Assembly: GCF_003334335.1 (NCBI RefSeq)
Contig: NZ_QOWQ01000008.1
Reading direction: 5' to 3' (one strand)
From: Escherichia coli
GTDB taxonomy: Bacteria; Pseudomonadota; Gammaproteobacteria; Enterobacterales; Enterobacteriaceae
Length of the DNA stretch: 64,000 nt
The position numbers were made by a program, and so were the translations under genes. Below the pieces are notes generated by a model. The model was not told the DNA's origin and did no database searches. It was given only the letters and a program-made list of their open reading frames with translations. Shown one piece after another: positions 12,869-32,917 of this stretch (position 1 is its first letter; the number at the start of each line of letters is the position of its first letter).

Positions 12869-14953
12869 CTACTTCTTCTTCGCTGCAGCTCTGCGCCGTC
12901 TGTCCAAATCCTTCAGCAACTTGTTCACGCCATCATCGGCAAACATCGACTCAAGCGTTGCGGAAAGCTTGCGTCGCCAGTTTTTATACTGGTAACTGGT
13001 GCCAGGAATATTCACCGGTTCGGCCATATCCAGCCAGTCTTCCGGCTGTAGTCCTAACAGAGCACTGTTACTGTCGGCAATGTAGCGCTGCAAACCACGG
13101 TTCAGCGTCGGCGTCATCGACATCAACGATGCCTTATGCCCGGCACGTTTCGGCAGACAACCATATTTATGCAGTGCATCCAGCAGCCCTTGCTTCGCCA
13201 GTTCGCGATCCTGATACAGACCGCGCAGTACCACTTCATCCGGATACAGCCCCAGGGTTTTGCCCAGCGTTAGATCCCCGCTCTCCCAGTAACCGCGCAG
13301 CGTTGGCAGGTCATGTGTCGCCGCAACCGCCATCGACTGCTCCGGATACGCTTTCGGTGCACGGAACGTCTTCTCGTGGTCGTTTTCGAAATAGAGCACT
13401 TTGTAAGAGTACACACCGCTGCTGCGCAGCTTACCGACAATCTCTACCGGTACGGTACCGAGATCTTCACCAATCACCATACAGCGATGACGTTTACTTT
13501 CGAGTGCCAGAATCGAGAGCAGATCATCCACCGGATAGTGAACATACGCGCCCTGATCTGCCGTCTCGCCATACGGTATCCACCACAAACGCAGCATCGA
13601 CATCACATGGTCAATTCGTAATGCGCCGCAGTTTTGCATATTGGCACGCAACAGCTCGATAAACGGTTCATAGGCACGCGCGGTGATGATATGCGGGTCC
13701 ATTGGCGGTAATCCCCAGTTCTGCCCCAACGGGCCGAGGATATCCGGCGGCGCGCCAACCGATGCTTTCAGGCAATATAGTTCACGGTCACACCAGGTTT
13801 CCGCCCCACCTTCCGCTACGCCAACCGCCAGATCACGATACAAGCCAATCGGCATTTCATAGCCCTGGCTTATCTCCCAGCAGGCGGCAAACTGGCTGTA
13901 AGCCAGCCACTGCAACCAGAGATAAAAATCGACGTCATCACGATGTTCTTCGCAGAACTGACGCACTTCTGGTGAATCCACGTTCTGATACATCTCTGGC
14001 CATGCAGGCCAGCCCCAGCGCATTTCGTCCTCTTTCACTTGCTGGGCATGTAGCGCATCAAAGGCTGCCTGCCAGAACAGGCTGTCGCCCTGCTCTGCAA
14101 CAAACTGGCGAAACGCGGCCATCTGCTCATCATCACGTTGCGCGAAACCTTTCCACGCCATTCGTAATGCTGTCATTTTTAGGGCGGTAACCGTGGAGTA
14201 ATCGACCCAGTCGGCATCGCGCGCCTGTTGCAGCGTCTGTTGCGTGGTCGGCAACTGCCACCAGGCCTGAGCCTCTTCGCTAAGATGGAAATCTTCAACG
14301 GCGTTAACGTCGATATAAATCACATTCAGCCAACGGCGAGAAGACGGGCTGTATGGGCTGGCGCTCTCCGGATTTGCCGGATAGAGCGCATGAATCGGGT
14401 TCAGGCCAATGAACGACCCGCCACGTTTTGCCACATCCACCAGCATCGCTTTGAGATCGCCAAAATCCCCAATACCCCAGTTTTTTTCCGATCGCAGCGT
14501 ATAAAGCTGAACGCAGGCACCCCACAGCTTTTGTTTATTCAGCAACGCCTGCGGTTCGTAACAGCGTTTCGGGGCGACAATCACCCGGCAATGCGCGCGC
14601 TGGTCGTCCTGGGTGAGTGTCAGCGTGTGATAACCTTCCGGCAGCTTCGTCGGTAGATTGAACGCTTTGCCCCCCGTTACATGGCCTTTGTACTGCGTTC
14701 CTTCTTCGGTGGTCAGCAGCCAGCTATATTCGCCGCTGCCCTCCACCACCATCGGCATTTTTTTGCCGCTGGTATAAACCATGACATTCGGGACTGGCGT
14801 TACCGCCACTTTCGTGGCGGTACGTTGATGCATCGCGTCAAGCAAACGCCGTTTGGTTTCGGCGCTAATCGACTGCGGTTTACCGTGGGCATTGATGTAA
14901 TTGGGGCTAATCCCCGCCGCCAGCGCGGCATTATCCAGACGTTTGCTTTCCAT
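12869..14953 (-). CDS. malQ: 4-alpha-glucanotransferase (amylomaltase) MalQ
   Basis: 694-aa ORF MESKRLDNAALAAGISPNYINAHGKPQSISAETKRRL... Confidence 0.95.
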   Translation of the reverse strand: MESKRLDNAALAAGISPNYINAHGKPQSISAETKRRLLDAMHQRTATKVAVTPVPNVMVYTSGKKMPMVVEGSGEYSWLLTTEEGTQYKGHVTGGKAFNLPTKLPEGYHTLTLTQDDQRAHCRVIVAPKRCYEPQALLNKQKLWGACVQLYTLRSEKNWGIGDFGDLKAMLVDVAKRGGSFIGLNPIHALYPANPESASPYSPSSRRWLNVIYIDVNAVEDFHLSEEAQAWWQLPTTQQTLQQARDADWVDYSTVTALKMTALRMAWKGFAQRDDEQMAAFRQFVAEQGDSLFWQAAFDALHAQQVKEDEMRWGWPAWPEMYQNVDSPEVRQFCEEHRDDVDFYLWLQWLAYSQFAACWEISQGYEMPIGLYRDLAVGVAEGGAETWCDRELYCLKASVGAPPDILGPLGQNWGLPPMDPHIITARAYEPFIELLRANMQNCGALRIDHVMSMLRLWWIPYGETADQGAYVHYPVDDLLSILALESKRHRCMVIGEDLGTVPVEIVGKLRSSGVYSYKVLYFENDHEKTFRAPKAYPEQSMAVAATHDLPTLRGYWESGDLTLGKTLGLYPDEVVLRGLYQDRELAKQGLLDALHKYGCLPKRAGHKASLMSMTPTLNRGLQRYIADSNSALLGLQPEDWLDMAEPVNIPGTSYQYKNWRRKLSATLESMFADDGVNKLLKDLDRRRRAAAKKK

Positions 14954-14962
14954 CGAGCTTCC

Positions 14963-17380
<2,418 letters not shown>

Positions 17381-17419
17381 TCAACACAACGTTATCGCTA
17401 GTTTGCCAGGCTCGATGTT

Positions 17420-17475
17420 GACCTTCCTCATCCTGCGGGGGATTAGGCAGGGAGGAGTTGCGGGGATGAGCAAGG
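17420..17475 (-). promoter_or_regulatory. malPQ promoter region with MalT-box-like motifs
   Basis: cctcatcc (rc GGATGAGG) at 17426-17433 and ggggatgag at 17462-17470, matching the GGA(T/G)GA MalT box core. Confidence 0.55.
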
Positions 17476-17826
17476 AAATGTGATCTCAACCACTTAAAGC
17501 TAGTGCAAACCACAGGATTAGCATCAAATCAATGCAATACAGCGCAGAAAATCTGTATCTAAGTGCAAAAAATGGCCGTTGCGTATTTTCAAAAAGCGGA
17601 AGGTAACTCTATAAATTAAGTAAAGGAGTGAAACAGTTTCATAAGTAAAATATCCAGTGTGCTCCATCTCATTCTTAATAGATTTATTAAGATCATCTTT
17701 TTAGATGGCACTTTCATCAGGAATGAAGAAGAAACCCTTGCTTAAATGAATCTGATGAACATAAGGGAAACCAGTATTCACGCTGGATCAGCGTCGTTTT
17801 AGGTGAGTTGTTAATAAAGATTTGGA

Positions 17827-17848
17827 ATTGTGACACAGTGCAAATTCA
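17827..17848 (+). promoter_or_regulatory. CRP-site-like sequence in the malT promoter
   Basis: aattgtgacacagtgcaaattc has a TGTGA-N6-GCAAA arrangement close to the CRP consensus TGTGA-N6-TCACA. Confidence 0.5.
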
Positions 17849-17961
17849 GACACATAAAAAAACGTCATCGCTTGCATTAGAAAGGTTTCTGGCCGACCTT
17901 ATAACCATTAATTACGAAGCGCAAAAAAAATAATATTTCCTCATTTTCCACAGTGAAGTGA

Positions 17962-20673
<2,712 letters not shown>

Positions 20674-20715
20674 GTTTAGCCGGATAACGCGCCAGATCCG
20701 GCTTACATCTCTGCA

Positions 20716-21735
<1,020 letters not shown>

Positions 21736-22962
21736 TTATCCTTTTACGCACACCACCTGACGCAGGGTATAGATAACTTCCACCAGATCGCTTTGTGCCG
21801 CCATCACCGCATCAATATCTTTATACGCCATCGGGATTTCGTCGATCACTTCGGCATCTTTACGGCATTCCACATGCGCGGTGGCACGAATTTGATCTTC
21901 CACGCTGAACAGTTTTTTCGCTTTAGTTCGGCTCATTACCCGCCCGGCACCGTGGCTACACGAACAGAACGACTCTTCATTTCCCAGCCCACGGACGATA
22001 AAGCTTTTTGCTCCCATCGAACCGGGAATAATTCCATATTGACCAGCACGCGCAGACACCGCGCCTTTACGCGTCACGTAGATCTCTTCACCAAAGTGCT
22101 GTTCTTTTTGCACATAGTTGTGGTGACAGTTGATCTCTTCCATCGCCAGCGTTTGTGGCTGTCTGACCGTTTTCTGCGTAATGCTCTGCAATGCCGTTAC
22201 CACGTTTTCCATCATCGCATCGCGGTTAAGGCTGGCAAAAAGCTGCGCCCAGGCCACGGCTTTCAGGTAATCATCAAAGTATTCCGTACCTTCCATAAAG
22301 TACGCCAGATCACGCGACGGCAACGTCTCAAGCGTTTCCTGCATCTCTTTTTGTGCCAGATCGATAAAGTAAGTCCCGATGGCGTTACCAATTCCGCGTG
22401 AACCGGAGTGCAGCATAATCCACACCTGGTCCGACTCATCAAGGCAGATTTCAATAAAGTGGTTACCGGTTCCCAGCGTTCCCAGGTGTTTATAGTTATT
22501 GGTATTCAGGAAACGGGGATATTTTTGCGTTAACCACTGATAACCGGCTTCAAGCTCAGCCCATTTAGCATCGACGTTAACAGGTGGATTTTCCCAGGCA
22601 CCTTTATCACGTTTACAACGGCCAGTGGTACGCCCGTGCGGCACGGCCGTTTCAATCGCCTGACGCAGCTCTGCCAGGTTTTCAGGCAGGTCTTCCGCCG
22701 TTAACGCGGTACGCAGCGCGTTCATTCCACAGCCAATATCCACGCCCACCGCCGCCGGAATAATCGCCCCTTTGGTCGGGATCACGCTACCAATGGTGGA
22801 ACCTTTACCCAGGTGTACATCAGGCATTACCGCAATATGTTTGAAAATAAACGGCATCTTCGCCGTATTAATAAGTTGCTGACGCGCATCGGCCTCTACC
22901 GGCACGCCTTTGGTCCACATTTTTACCGGGGCATTTTCAGTGGTCAGTAATTCGTAATTCAT
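21736..22962 (-). CDS. rtcB: RNA-splicing ligase RtcB
   Basis: 408-aa ORF MNYELLTTENAPVKMWTKGVPVEADARQQLINTAKMPFIFKHIAVMPDVHLGKGSTIGSV... Confidence 0.95.
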   Translation of the reverse strand: MNYELLTTENAPVKMWTKGVPVEADARQQLINTAKMPFIFKHIAVMPDVHLGKGSTIGSVIPTKGAIIPAAVGVDIGCGMNALRTALTAEDLPENLAELRQAIETAVPHGRTTGRCKRDKGAWENPPVNVDAKWAELEAGYQWLTQKYPRFLNTNNYKHLGTLGTGNHFIEICLDESDQVWIMLHSGSRGIGNAIGTYFIDLAQKEMQETLETLPSRDLAYFMEGTEYFDDYLKAVAWAQLFASLNRDAMMENVVTALQSITQKTVRQPQTLAMEEINCHHNYVQKEQHFGEEIYVTRKGAVSARAGQYGIIPGSMGAKSFIVRGLGNEESFCSCSHGAGRVMSRTKAKKLFSVEDQIRATAHVECRKDAEVIDEIPMAYKDIDAVMAAQSDLVEVIYTLRQVVCVKG

Positions 22963-23000
22963 TTTGTTTTTCTCTTTTCGTTGTTTGCTGTCCTGATAAT

Positions 23001-23016
23001 TGCAACCGTCGTGCCA
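23001..23016 (-). promoter_or_regulatory. Sigma-54 (-24/-12) promoter of rtcBA
   Basis: Reverse complement reads TGGCAC-GACGG-TTGCA, a near-perfect match to TGGCAC-N5-TTGCA, a few tens of bp upstream of the rtcB start and next to divergent rtcR. Confidence 0.8.
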
Positions 23017-23150
23017 GAAAATTAAATAAGCAGCTTAATTTTTTAATTCATTGTTTTAAAAAAGATTATATCTTTACGTCCGTAACCGGAGATTTCCCGC
23101 AAAGCCAATTTACCGATAATGAAATATCGTCTTTTATAAGGATATCTAAG

Positions 23151-24749
23151 ATGCGTAAAACAGTGGCTTTTGGCTTTGTCGGTACCGTACTGGATTATGC
23201 CGGGCGCGGCAGTCAGCGCTGGTCAAAATGGCGTCCGACACTCTGTTTATGCCAGCAAGAATCGTTGGTCATCGATCGACTGGAATTGTTGCACGACGCC
23301 CGCTCGCGCTCGCTATTTGAAACGCTTAAACGCGATATCGCCAGCGTTTCGCCAGAAACAGAAGTGGTGAGCGTTGAGATTGAACTGCATAACCCGTGGG
23401 ATTTCGAAGAGGTCTACGCCTGCCTGCATGATTTCGCCCGTGGTTACGAGTTTCAGCCAGAAAAAGAAGACTATTTAATTCACATCACCACCGGTACCCA
23501 CGTCGCGCAGATTTGCTGGTTTCTGCTGGCAGAAGCGCGTTACCTGCCCGCCCGGCTGATACAATCTTCACCTCCGCGCAAAAAAGAACAGCCGCGCGGC
23601 CCAGGTGAAGTAACGATTATCGATCTCGATTTAAGCCGTTATAACGCCATCGCCAGCCGCTTTGCCGAGGAACGCCAGCAAACGCTTGATTTTCTTAAGT
23701 CCGGCATTGCCACGCGTAACCCCCACTTCAACCGCATGATTGAGCAGATCGAAAAAGTGGCGATCAAATCCCGCGCGCCGATTCTGCTTAACGGTCCAAC
23801 CGGCGCGGGCAAGTCATTTCTGGCGCGACGCATCTTCGAGTTAAAACAGGCGCGGCATCAGTTTAGCGGCGCGTTTGTGGAAGTGAACTGCGCCACCCTG
23901 CGCGGCGATACCGCCATGTCGACGCTGTTTGGTCATGTAAAAGGCGCGTTTACCGGGGCGCGGGAATCTCGTGAAGGTTTATTACGCAGCGCCAACGGCG
24001 GAATGTTGTTTCTTGATGAGATTGGCGAACTGGGCGCAGACGAACAGGCAATGCTGCTGAAAGCCATTGAAGAGAAAACCTTTTACCCGTTTGGCAGCGA
24101 TCGCCAGGTGAGCAGTGATTTTCAGCTTATCGCCGGAACGGTGCGCGATTTGCGCCAGCTGGTTGCCGAAGGCAAATTTCGCGAAGATCTGTACGCGCGG
24201 ATCAATCTCTGGACCTTCACCCTGCCGGGTCTACGCCAGCGCCAGGAAGATATTGAACCGAACCTGGATTATGAAGTGGAGCGCCACGCCTCACTCACTG
24301 GCGACAGCGTGCGTTTTAACACCGAAGCGCGGCGCGCCTGGTTGGCTTTTGCGACCTCTCCCCAGGCAACATGGCGCGGTAACTTTCGCGAACTTTCTGC
24401 CAGCGTCACGCGGATGGCCACCTTTGCCACTAGCGGACGCATCACTCTGGACGTGGTTGAAGATGAGATAAACCGTCTGCGCTATAACTGGCAGGAGAGC
24501 CGCCCCTCCGCGCTTACGGCGTTGCTGGGCGCAGAGGCAGAAAACATCGATCTCTTCGACCGTATGCAACTGGAACACGTTATCGCTATCTGCCGCCAGG
24601 CAAAGTCGCTTTCCGCAGCCGGACGCCAGCTTTTTGACGTTTCGCGCCAGGGCAAAGCCAGCGTCAATGACGCGGATCGGCTACGCAAATACCTGGCGCG
24701 TTTTGGTCTGACGTGGGAAGCCGTGCAGGATCAGCACAGCTCCAGTTGA
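23151..24749 (+). CDS. rtcR: Sigma-54-dependent transcriptional activator RtcR (N-terminal CARF-type sensor domain, central AAA+ domain)
   Basis: 532-aa [23 protein letters not shown]...; Walker [10 protein letters not shown]; sigma-54 interaction motif GAFTGA. Confidence 0.95.
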   Translation: MRKTVAFGFVGTVLDYAGRGSQRWSKWRPTLCLCQQESLVIDRLELLHDARSRSLFETLKRDIASVSPETEVVSVEIELHNPWDFEEVYACLHDFARGYEFQPEKEDYLIHITTGTHVAQICWFLLAEARYLPARLIQSSPPRKKEQPRGPGEVTIIDLDLSRYNAIASRFAEERQQTLDFLKSGIATRNPHFNRMIEQIEKVAIKSRAPILLNGPTGAGKSFLARRIFELKQARHQFSGAFVEVNCATLRGDTAMSTLFGHVKGAFTGARESREGLLRSANGGMLFLDEIGELGADEQAMLLKAIEEKTFYPFGSDRQVSSDFQLIAGTVRDLRQLVAEGKFREDLYARINLWTFTLPGLRQRQEDIEPNLDYEVERHASLTGDSVRFNTEARRAWLAFATSPQATWRGNFRELSASVTRMATFATSGRITLDVVEDEINRLRYNWQESRPSALTALLGAEAENIDLFDRMQLEHVIAICRQAKSLSAAGRQLFDVSRQGKASVNDADRLRKYLARFGLTWEAVQDQHSSS

Positions 24750-25489
24750 ATATGGTGGTCCGTCAGCACCTGCATCACGCTTACTGGCGGCGGGGCGTCG
24801 GTGTAGACGGCATCTACCATGCTGATGCTGCCCATATTGACCATCGCGTTACGGCCAAATTTCGAGTGATCGACAACCAGCATAACGTGGCGCGAGTTCT
24901 CAATAATGGCGCGTTTGGTGCGAACTTCGTGGTAATCGAACTCCAGCAGCGAGCCGTCGCTATCGATGCCGCTTATCCCCAGAATGCCGAAATCAAGGCG
25001 GAACTGGGAGATAAAATCGAGCGTCGCTTCGCCAATGATCCCGCCATCGCGGCTGCGTAATTCGCCACCGGCGAGAATGATGCGAAAATCTTCTTTTACC
25101 ATCAACGTGTTAGCAACGTTGAGATTGTTGGTGACAATGCGCAAATTGCTGTGATTGAGCAGTGCGTGCGCTACCGCTTCCGGCGTGGTGCCGATATCGA
25201 TAAACAGCGTCGAGCCATTGGGGATTTGCTCCGCCACTTTGCGGGCGATGCGCTCTTTTTCTTCGGTCTGGGTGGCCTTGCGATCGTGCCACGGCGTGTT
25301 AACCGAACTGGAAGGCAGCGCCGCACCGCCATGATGGCGCAGGATCAGGTTTTGCTCCGCCAGCTCATTGAGGTCGCGGCGAATAGTCTGCGGGCTGACG
25401 GAGAAATGCTCTACCAGCTCTTCGGTACTGACATAACCCTGCTGTTTAACCAGTTCGATAATACCGTTGTGACGTTGTGTTTGTTTCAT
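24731..25489 (-). CDS. glpR: glp regulon repressor GlpR (DeoR family)
   Basis: 252-aa ORF MKQTQRHNGIIELVKQQGYVSTEELVEHFSVSPQTIRRDLNELAEQNLILRHHGG...; 3' end overlaps the rtcR 3' end. Confidence 0.95.
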   Translation of the reverse strand: MKQTQRHNGIIELVKQQGYVSTEELVEHFSVSPQTIRRDLNELAEQNLILRHHGGAALPSSSVNTPWHDRKATQTEEKERIARKVAEQIPNGSTLFIDIGTTPEAVAHALLNHSNLRIVTNNLNVANTLMVKEDFRIILAGGELRSRDGGIIGEATLDFISQFRLDFGILGISGIDSDGSLLEFDYHEVRTKRAIIENSRHVMLVVDHSKFGRNAMVNMGSISMVDAVYTDAPPPVSVMQVLTDHHIQLELC

Positions 25490-25505
25490 TTATAAATCCC
25501 TGGAA

Positions 25506-26348
<843 letters not shown>

Positions 26349-26380
26349 TTATTCCACACAAAAGGGGACAGTATAAAGCG

Positions 26381-26785
<405 letters not shown>

Positions 26786-26844
26786 TTATACATATCACTC
26801 TAAAATGTTTTTTCAATGTTACCTAAAGCGCGATTCTTTGCTAA

Positions 26845-26864
26845 TATGTTCGATAACGAACATT
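26845..26864. promoter_or_regulatory. GlpR operator palindrome in the divergent glpE/glpD control region
   Basis: Perfect inverted repeat atgttcg-ataa-cgaacat at 26846-26863, between divergent glpE and glpD. Confidence 0.6.
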
Positions 26865-26896
26865 TATGAGCTTTAACGAAAGTGAATGAGGGCAGC

Positions 26897-28402
26897 ATGG
26901 AAACCAAAGATCTGATTGTGATAGGGGGCGGCATCAATGGTGCTGGTATCGCGGCAGACGCCGCTGGACGCGGTTTATCCGTGCTGATGCTGGAGGCGCA
27001 GGATCTCGCTTGCGCGACCTCTTCCGCCAGTTCAAAACTCATTCACGGTGGCCTGCGCTACCTTGAGCACTATGAATTCCGCCTGGTCAGCGAGGCGCTG
27101 GCTGAACGTGAAGTGCTGCTGAAAATGGCCCCGCATATCGCCTTCCCGATGCGTTTTCGCCTGCCACATCGTCCGCATCTGCGCCCGGCGTGGATGATTC
27201 GCATTGGTCTGTTTATGTACGATCATCTGGGTAAACGCACCAGCTTGCCGGGATCAACTGGTTTGCGTTTTGGCGCAAATTCAGTGTTAAAACCGGAAAT
27301 TAAGCGCGGATTCGAATATTCTGACTGTTGGGTAGACGACGCCCGTCTGGTACTCGCCAACGCCCAGATGGTGGTGCGTAAAGGCGGCGAAGTGCTTACT
27401 CGGACTCGCGCCACCTCTGCTCGCCGCGAAAACGGCCTGTGGATTGTGGAAGCGGAAGATATCGATACCGGCAAAAAATATAGCTGGCAAGCGCGCGGCT
27501 TGGTTAACGCCACCGGCCCGTGGGTGAAACAGTTCTTCGACGACGGGATGCATCTGCCTTCGCCTTATGGCATTCGCCTGATCAAAGGCAGCCATATTGT
27601 GGTGCCGCGCGTGCATACCCAGAAGCAAGCCTACATTCTGCAAAACGAAGATAAACGTATTGTGTTCGTGATCCCGTGGATGGACGAGTTTTCCATCATC
27701 GGCACTACCGATGTCGAGTACAAAGGCGATCCGAAAGCGGTGAAGATTGAAGAGAGTGAAATCAATTACCTGCTGAATGTGTATAACACGCACTTTAAAA
27801 AGCAGTTAAGCCGTGACGATATCGTCTGGACCTACTCCGGTGTGCGTCCGCTGTGTGATGATGAGTCCGACTCGCCGCAGGCTATTACCCGTGATTACAC
27901 CCTTGATATTCATGATGAAAATGGCAAAGCACCGCTGCTGTCGGTATTCGGCGGTAAGCTGACCACCTACCGAAAACTGGCGGAACATGCGCTGGAAAAA
28001 CTAACGCCGTATTATCAGGGTATTGGCCCGGCATGGACGAAAGAGAGTGTGCTACCGGGTGGCGCCATTGAAGGCGACCGCGACGATTATGCCGCTCGCC
28101 TGCGCCGCCGCTATCCGTTCCTGACTGAATCGCTGGCGCGTCATTACGCTCGCACTTACGGCAGCAACAGCGAGCTGCTGCTCGGCAATGCGGGAACGGT
28201 AAGCGATCTCGGGGAAGATTTCGGTCATGAGTTCTACGAAGCGGAGCTGAAATACCTGGTGGATCACGAATGGGTCCGCCGCGCCGACGACGCCCTGTGG
28301 CGTCGCACAAAACAAGGCATGTGGCTAAATGCGGATCAACAATCTCGTGTGAGTCAGTGGCTGGTGGAGTATACGCAGCAGAGGTTATCGCTGGCGTCGT
28401 AA
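26897..28402 (+). CDS. glpD: Aerobic glycerol-3-phosphate dehydrogenase GlpD (FAD-dependent)
   Basis: ORF 26882..28402; start set at ATG 26897 (METKDLIVIGGGINGAGIAADAAGRGLSV..., FAD-binding GxGxxG). Confidence 0.95.
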   Translation: METKDLIVIGGGINGAGIAADAAGRGLSVLMLEAQDLACATSSASSKLIHGGLRYLEHYEFRLVSEALAEREVLLKMAPHIAFPMRFRLPHRPHLRPAWMIRIGLFMYDHLGKRTSLPGSTGLRFGANSVLKPEIKRGFEYSDCWVDDARLVLANAQMVVRKGGEVLTRTRATSARRENGLWIVEAEDIDTGKKYSWQARGLVNATGPWVKQFFDDGMHLPSPYGIRLIKGSHIVVPRVHTQKQAYILQNEDKRIVFVIPWMDEFSIIGTTDVEYKGDPKAVKIEESEINYLLNVYNTHFKKQLSRDDIVWTYSGVRPLCDDESDSPQAITRDYTLDIHDENGKAPLLSVFGGKLTTYRKLAEHALEKLTPYYQGIGPAWTKESVLPGGAIEGDRDDYAARLRRRYPFLTESLARHYARTYGSNSELLLGNAGTVSDLGEDFGHEFYEAELKYLVDHEWVRRADDALWRRTKQGMWLNADQQSRVSQWLVEYTQQRLSLAS

Positions 28403-28464
28403 ATTAACGTAAGGTGATCAGGTCAGATTTCAATCTGGCCTGAGACTGATGACAAACACAAAAC

Positions 28465-28565
28465 TGCCTGATGCGCTACGCTTATCAGGCCTACGTGGTT
28501 TATGCAATATATTGAATTTGCATGGTCTTGTAGGCCAGATAAGACGTTCACGTCGCATCCGGCAT
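28465..28565. repeat. BIME (inverted REP pair) downstream of glpD
   Basis: gcctgatgcgctacgcttatcaggcctac and inverted gtaggccagataagacgttcacgtcgcatccggca. Confidence 0.8.
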
Positions 28566-28607
28566 GAACAAAGCGCACTTTGTCAAAAATCTAACCTACT
28601 TTTTAAT

Positions 28608-28889
28608 TCAGGGAATTACCGCAAAGCCCACGCCATCATACCCAACGTAACAAAACTCAGGCACGTTCCCCACTCGCCCCGAGAAAAATAGCATTAATGC
28701 GCCCAGCGCCAGCATAAAAATTTTGAGCAGAAGGTAAATTGTTGGCGTGATAAGGATATTACAAACTTCAATAATACCGGCAAGTCCGACACCCAGCATG
28801 GCAATAACCACCGCCAAAAATTGCGCCAGTATGGGGATGCCGAAAAAAGTCATTACCAGCGAGGTCAAAATCCATTTTCTGTTTTGCAT
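28608..28889 (-). CDS. yzgL: Small hydrophobic protein YzgL (function unknown)
   Basis: ORF 28608..28901; start set at internal ATG 28889 (MQNRKWILTSLVMTFFGIPILAQFLAVVIAMLGVGLAGII...), a two-helix membrane peptide. The start is uncertain. Confidence 0.6.
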   Translation of the reverse strand: MQNRKWILTSLVMTFFGIPILAQFLAVVIAMLGVGLAGIIEVCNILITPTIYLLLKIFMLALGALMLFFSGRVGNVPEFCYVGYDGVGFAVIP

Positions 28890-29017
28890 TATTCTTTCCA
28901 TTCTTTTTGAATGGTGAAATTATACTCCCCGAGTCCCCTTGCCCCTTCTGGACACTTTTCCGAAATGATGGCGGAAAAAAACGGGACCCTTTGGCCCCGT
29001 TCTATTTATTGGTGAAC

Positions 29018-31483
<2,466 letters not shown>

Positions 31484-32917
31484 CTATTTCAAGCGATAGT
31501 AAAGCTCACGGTACGACTTCGCCGCGACCTGCCAGCTAAAATCCATTGCCATAGCCTGACGTTGCACAAACCGCCACAGTGAAGGACGGGACCACAGTAC
31601 AAAAGCACGTCGAATAGCCCGTAACAGCGACCAGGCATTACTATCTTCAAAGACAAACCCACTGGCGACGCCATCTGCAAGGTTCTCAAGAGAACAGTCA
31701 GAAACCGTATCAGCAAGCCCACCGGTGCGCCGCACTAACGGCAGCGTACCGTACTTCAATCCATAAAGTTGCGTTAAGCCGCACGGTTCAAAACGGCTGG
31801 GCACCAGAATGACGTCCGCGCCGCCCATAATGCGATGCGAAAATGCTTCGTGATAGCCAATCTGAACGCCCACCTGACCGGGGTATTCCGCTGCCGCCGC
31901 AAGGAAACCTTCCTGCAGCACCGGATCGCCCGCGCCGAGTAGCGCCAGCTGCCCGCCCTGCTCCAGAAGACCCGGTAAGGCTTCCAGCACCAGGTCGAGA
32001 CCTTTCTGGCTGGTCAGACGGCTCACCACTGCAAAAAGCGGCACTTTATCGTCAACCTTAAGCCCCATTGCGATTTGTAACTGGCGCTTATTTTCCGCTT
32101 TATCTTCCAACGTATCGCGGGTGTAACGCGAGGCCAACAGTAAGTCCGTCTCTGGACTCCAGATTTTCTCGTCCACGCCGTTCAGTACGCCGGAAAGACG
32201 CCCTTCACGGTGACGCTGTTGCAACAGACCTTCCATACCGTAGGCAAACTGCGGTTCGGTGATCTCGCGAGCGTAGGTTGGACTGACCGCCGTAATGTGA
32301 TCGGCATAGTACAGACCGGCCTTCAGGAAAGAGATTTGTCCGTTGAATTCCAGCCCATGAATATTAAAGAATGACCATGGCAATTGGATGTCATTCATGT
32401 GATGTGCATAAAACATGCCTTGATAGGCCAGGTTGTGCACAGTAAACACCGACTTCGCCGGACGCCCGCGCGCCGCCAGATACGCAGGCGCAAGGCCTGC
32501 ATGCCAGTCGTGCGCATGCACCACATCAGGACGCCAGAATGGGTCAAGCCCGCTGGCCATTTCTGCCCCAACCCACCCCAGCAGCGCAAAACGCAATACG
32601 TTGTCGGTATAGGCAAATAAGTTGGTATCGTGATACGGGCTTCCCGGACGATCATAGAGATGCGGCGCGTCAATCAGGTAAATGCCAACCCCGTTGTAAT
32701 GACCGAACAACAGCGTGATATGTCCGGCGAAGGTATCACGACGGGATACTACCTGCGCATCGGTCACGCCACGGCGAATATCGGGAAATGCAGGCAACAG
32801 TACGCGAGCGTCAACGCCGTCTGCGATTTGTGCTGCGGGTAATGCCCCAATAACATCAGCCAGACCGCCGGTTTTAAGCAGCGGGAACATCTCTGAACAT
32901 ACATGTAAAACCTGCAT
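31484..32917 (-). CDS. glgA: Glycogen synthase GlgA
   Basis: 477-aa [49 protein letters not shown]... Confidence 0.95.

Noticed and set aside
12775-13662. 295-aa plus-strand ORF beginning in the gntT-malQ spacer
   Set aside because: Starts inside a BIME and runs antisense through malQ; Ser/Arg/His-rich translation, not a gene.
20674-20715. Hairpin agccggataacgcgccagatccggct between convergent malT and rtcA
   Set aside because: Stem-loop is real, but neither strand has a following U tract, so it is not called as an intrinsic terminator; it may still act as a bidirectional RNA 3'-end structure.
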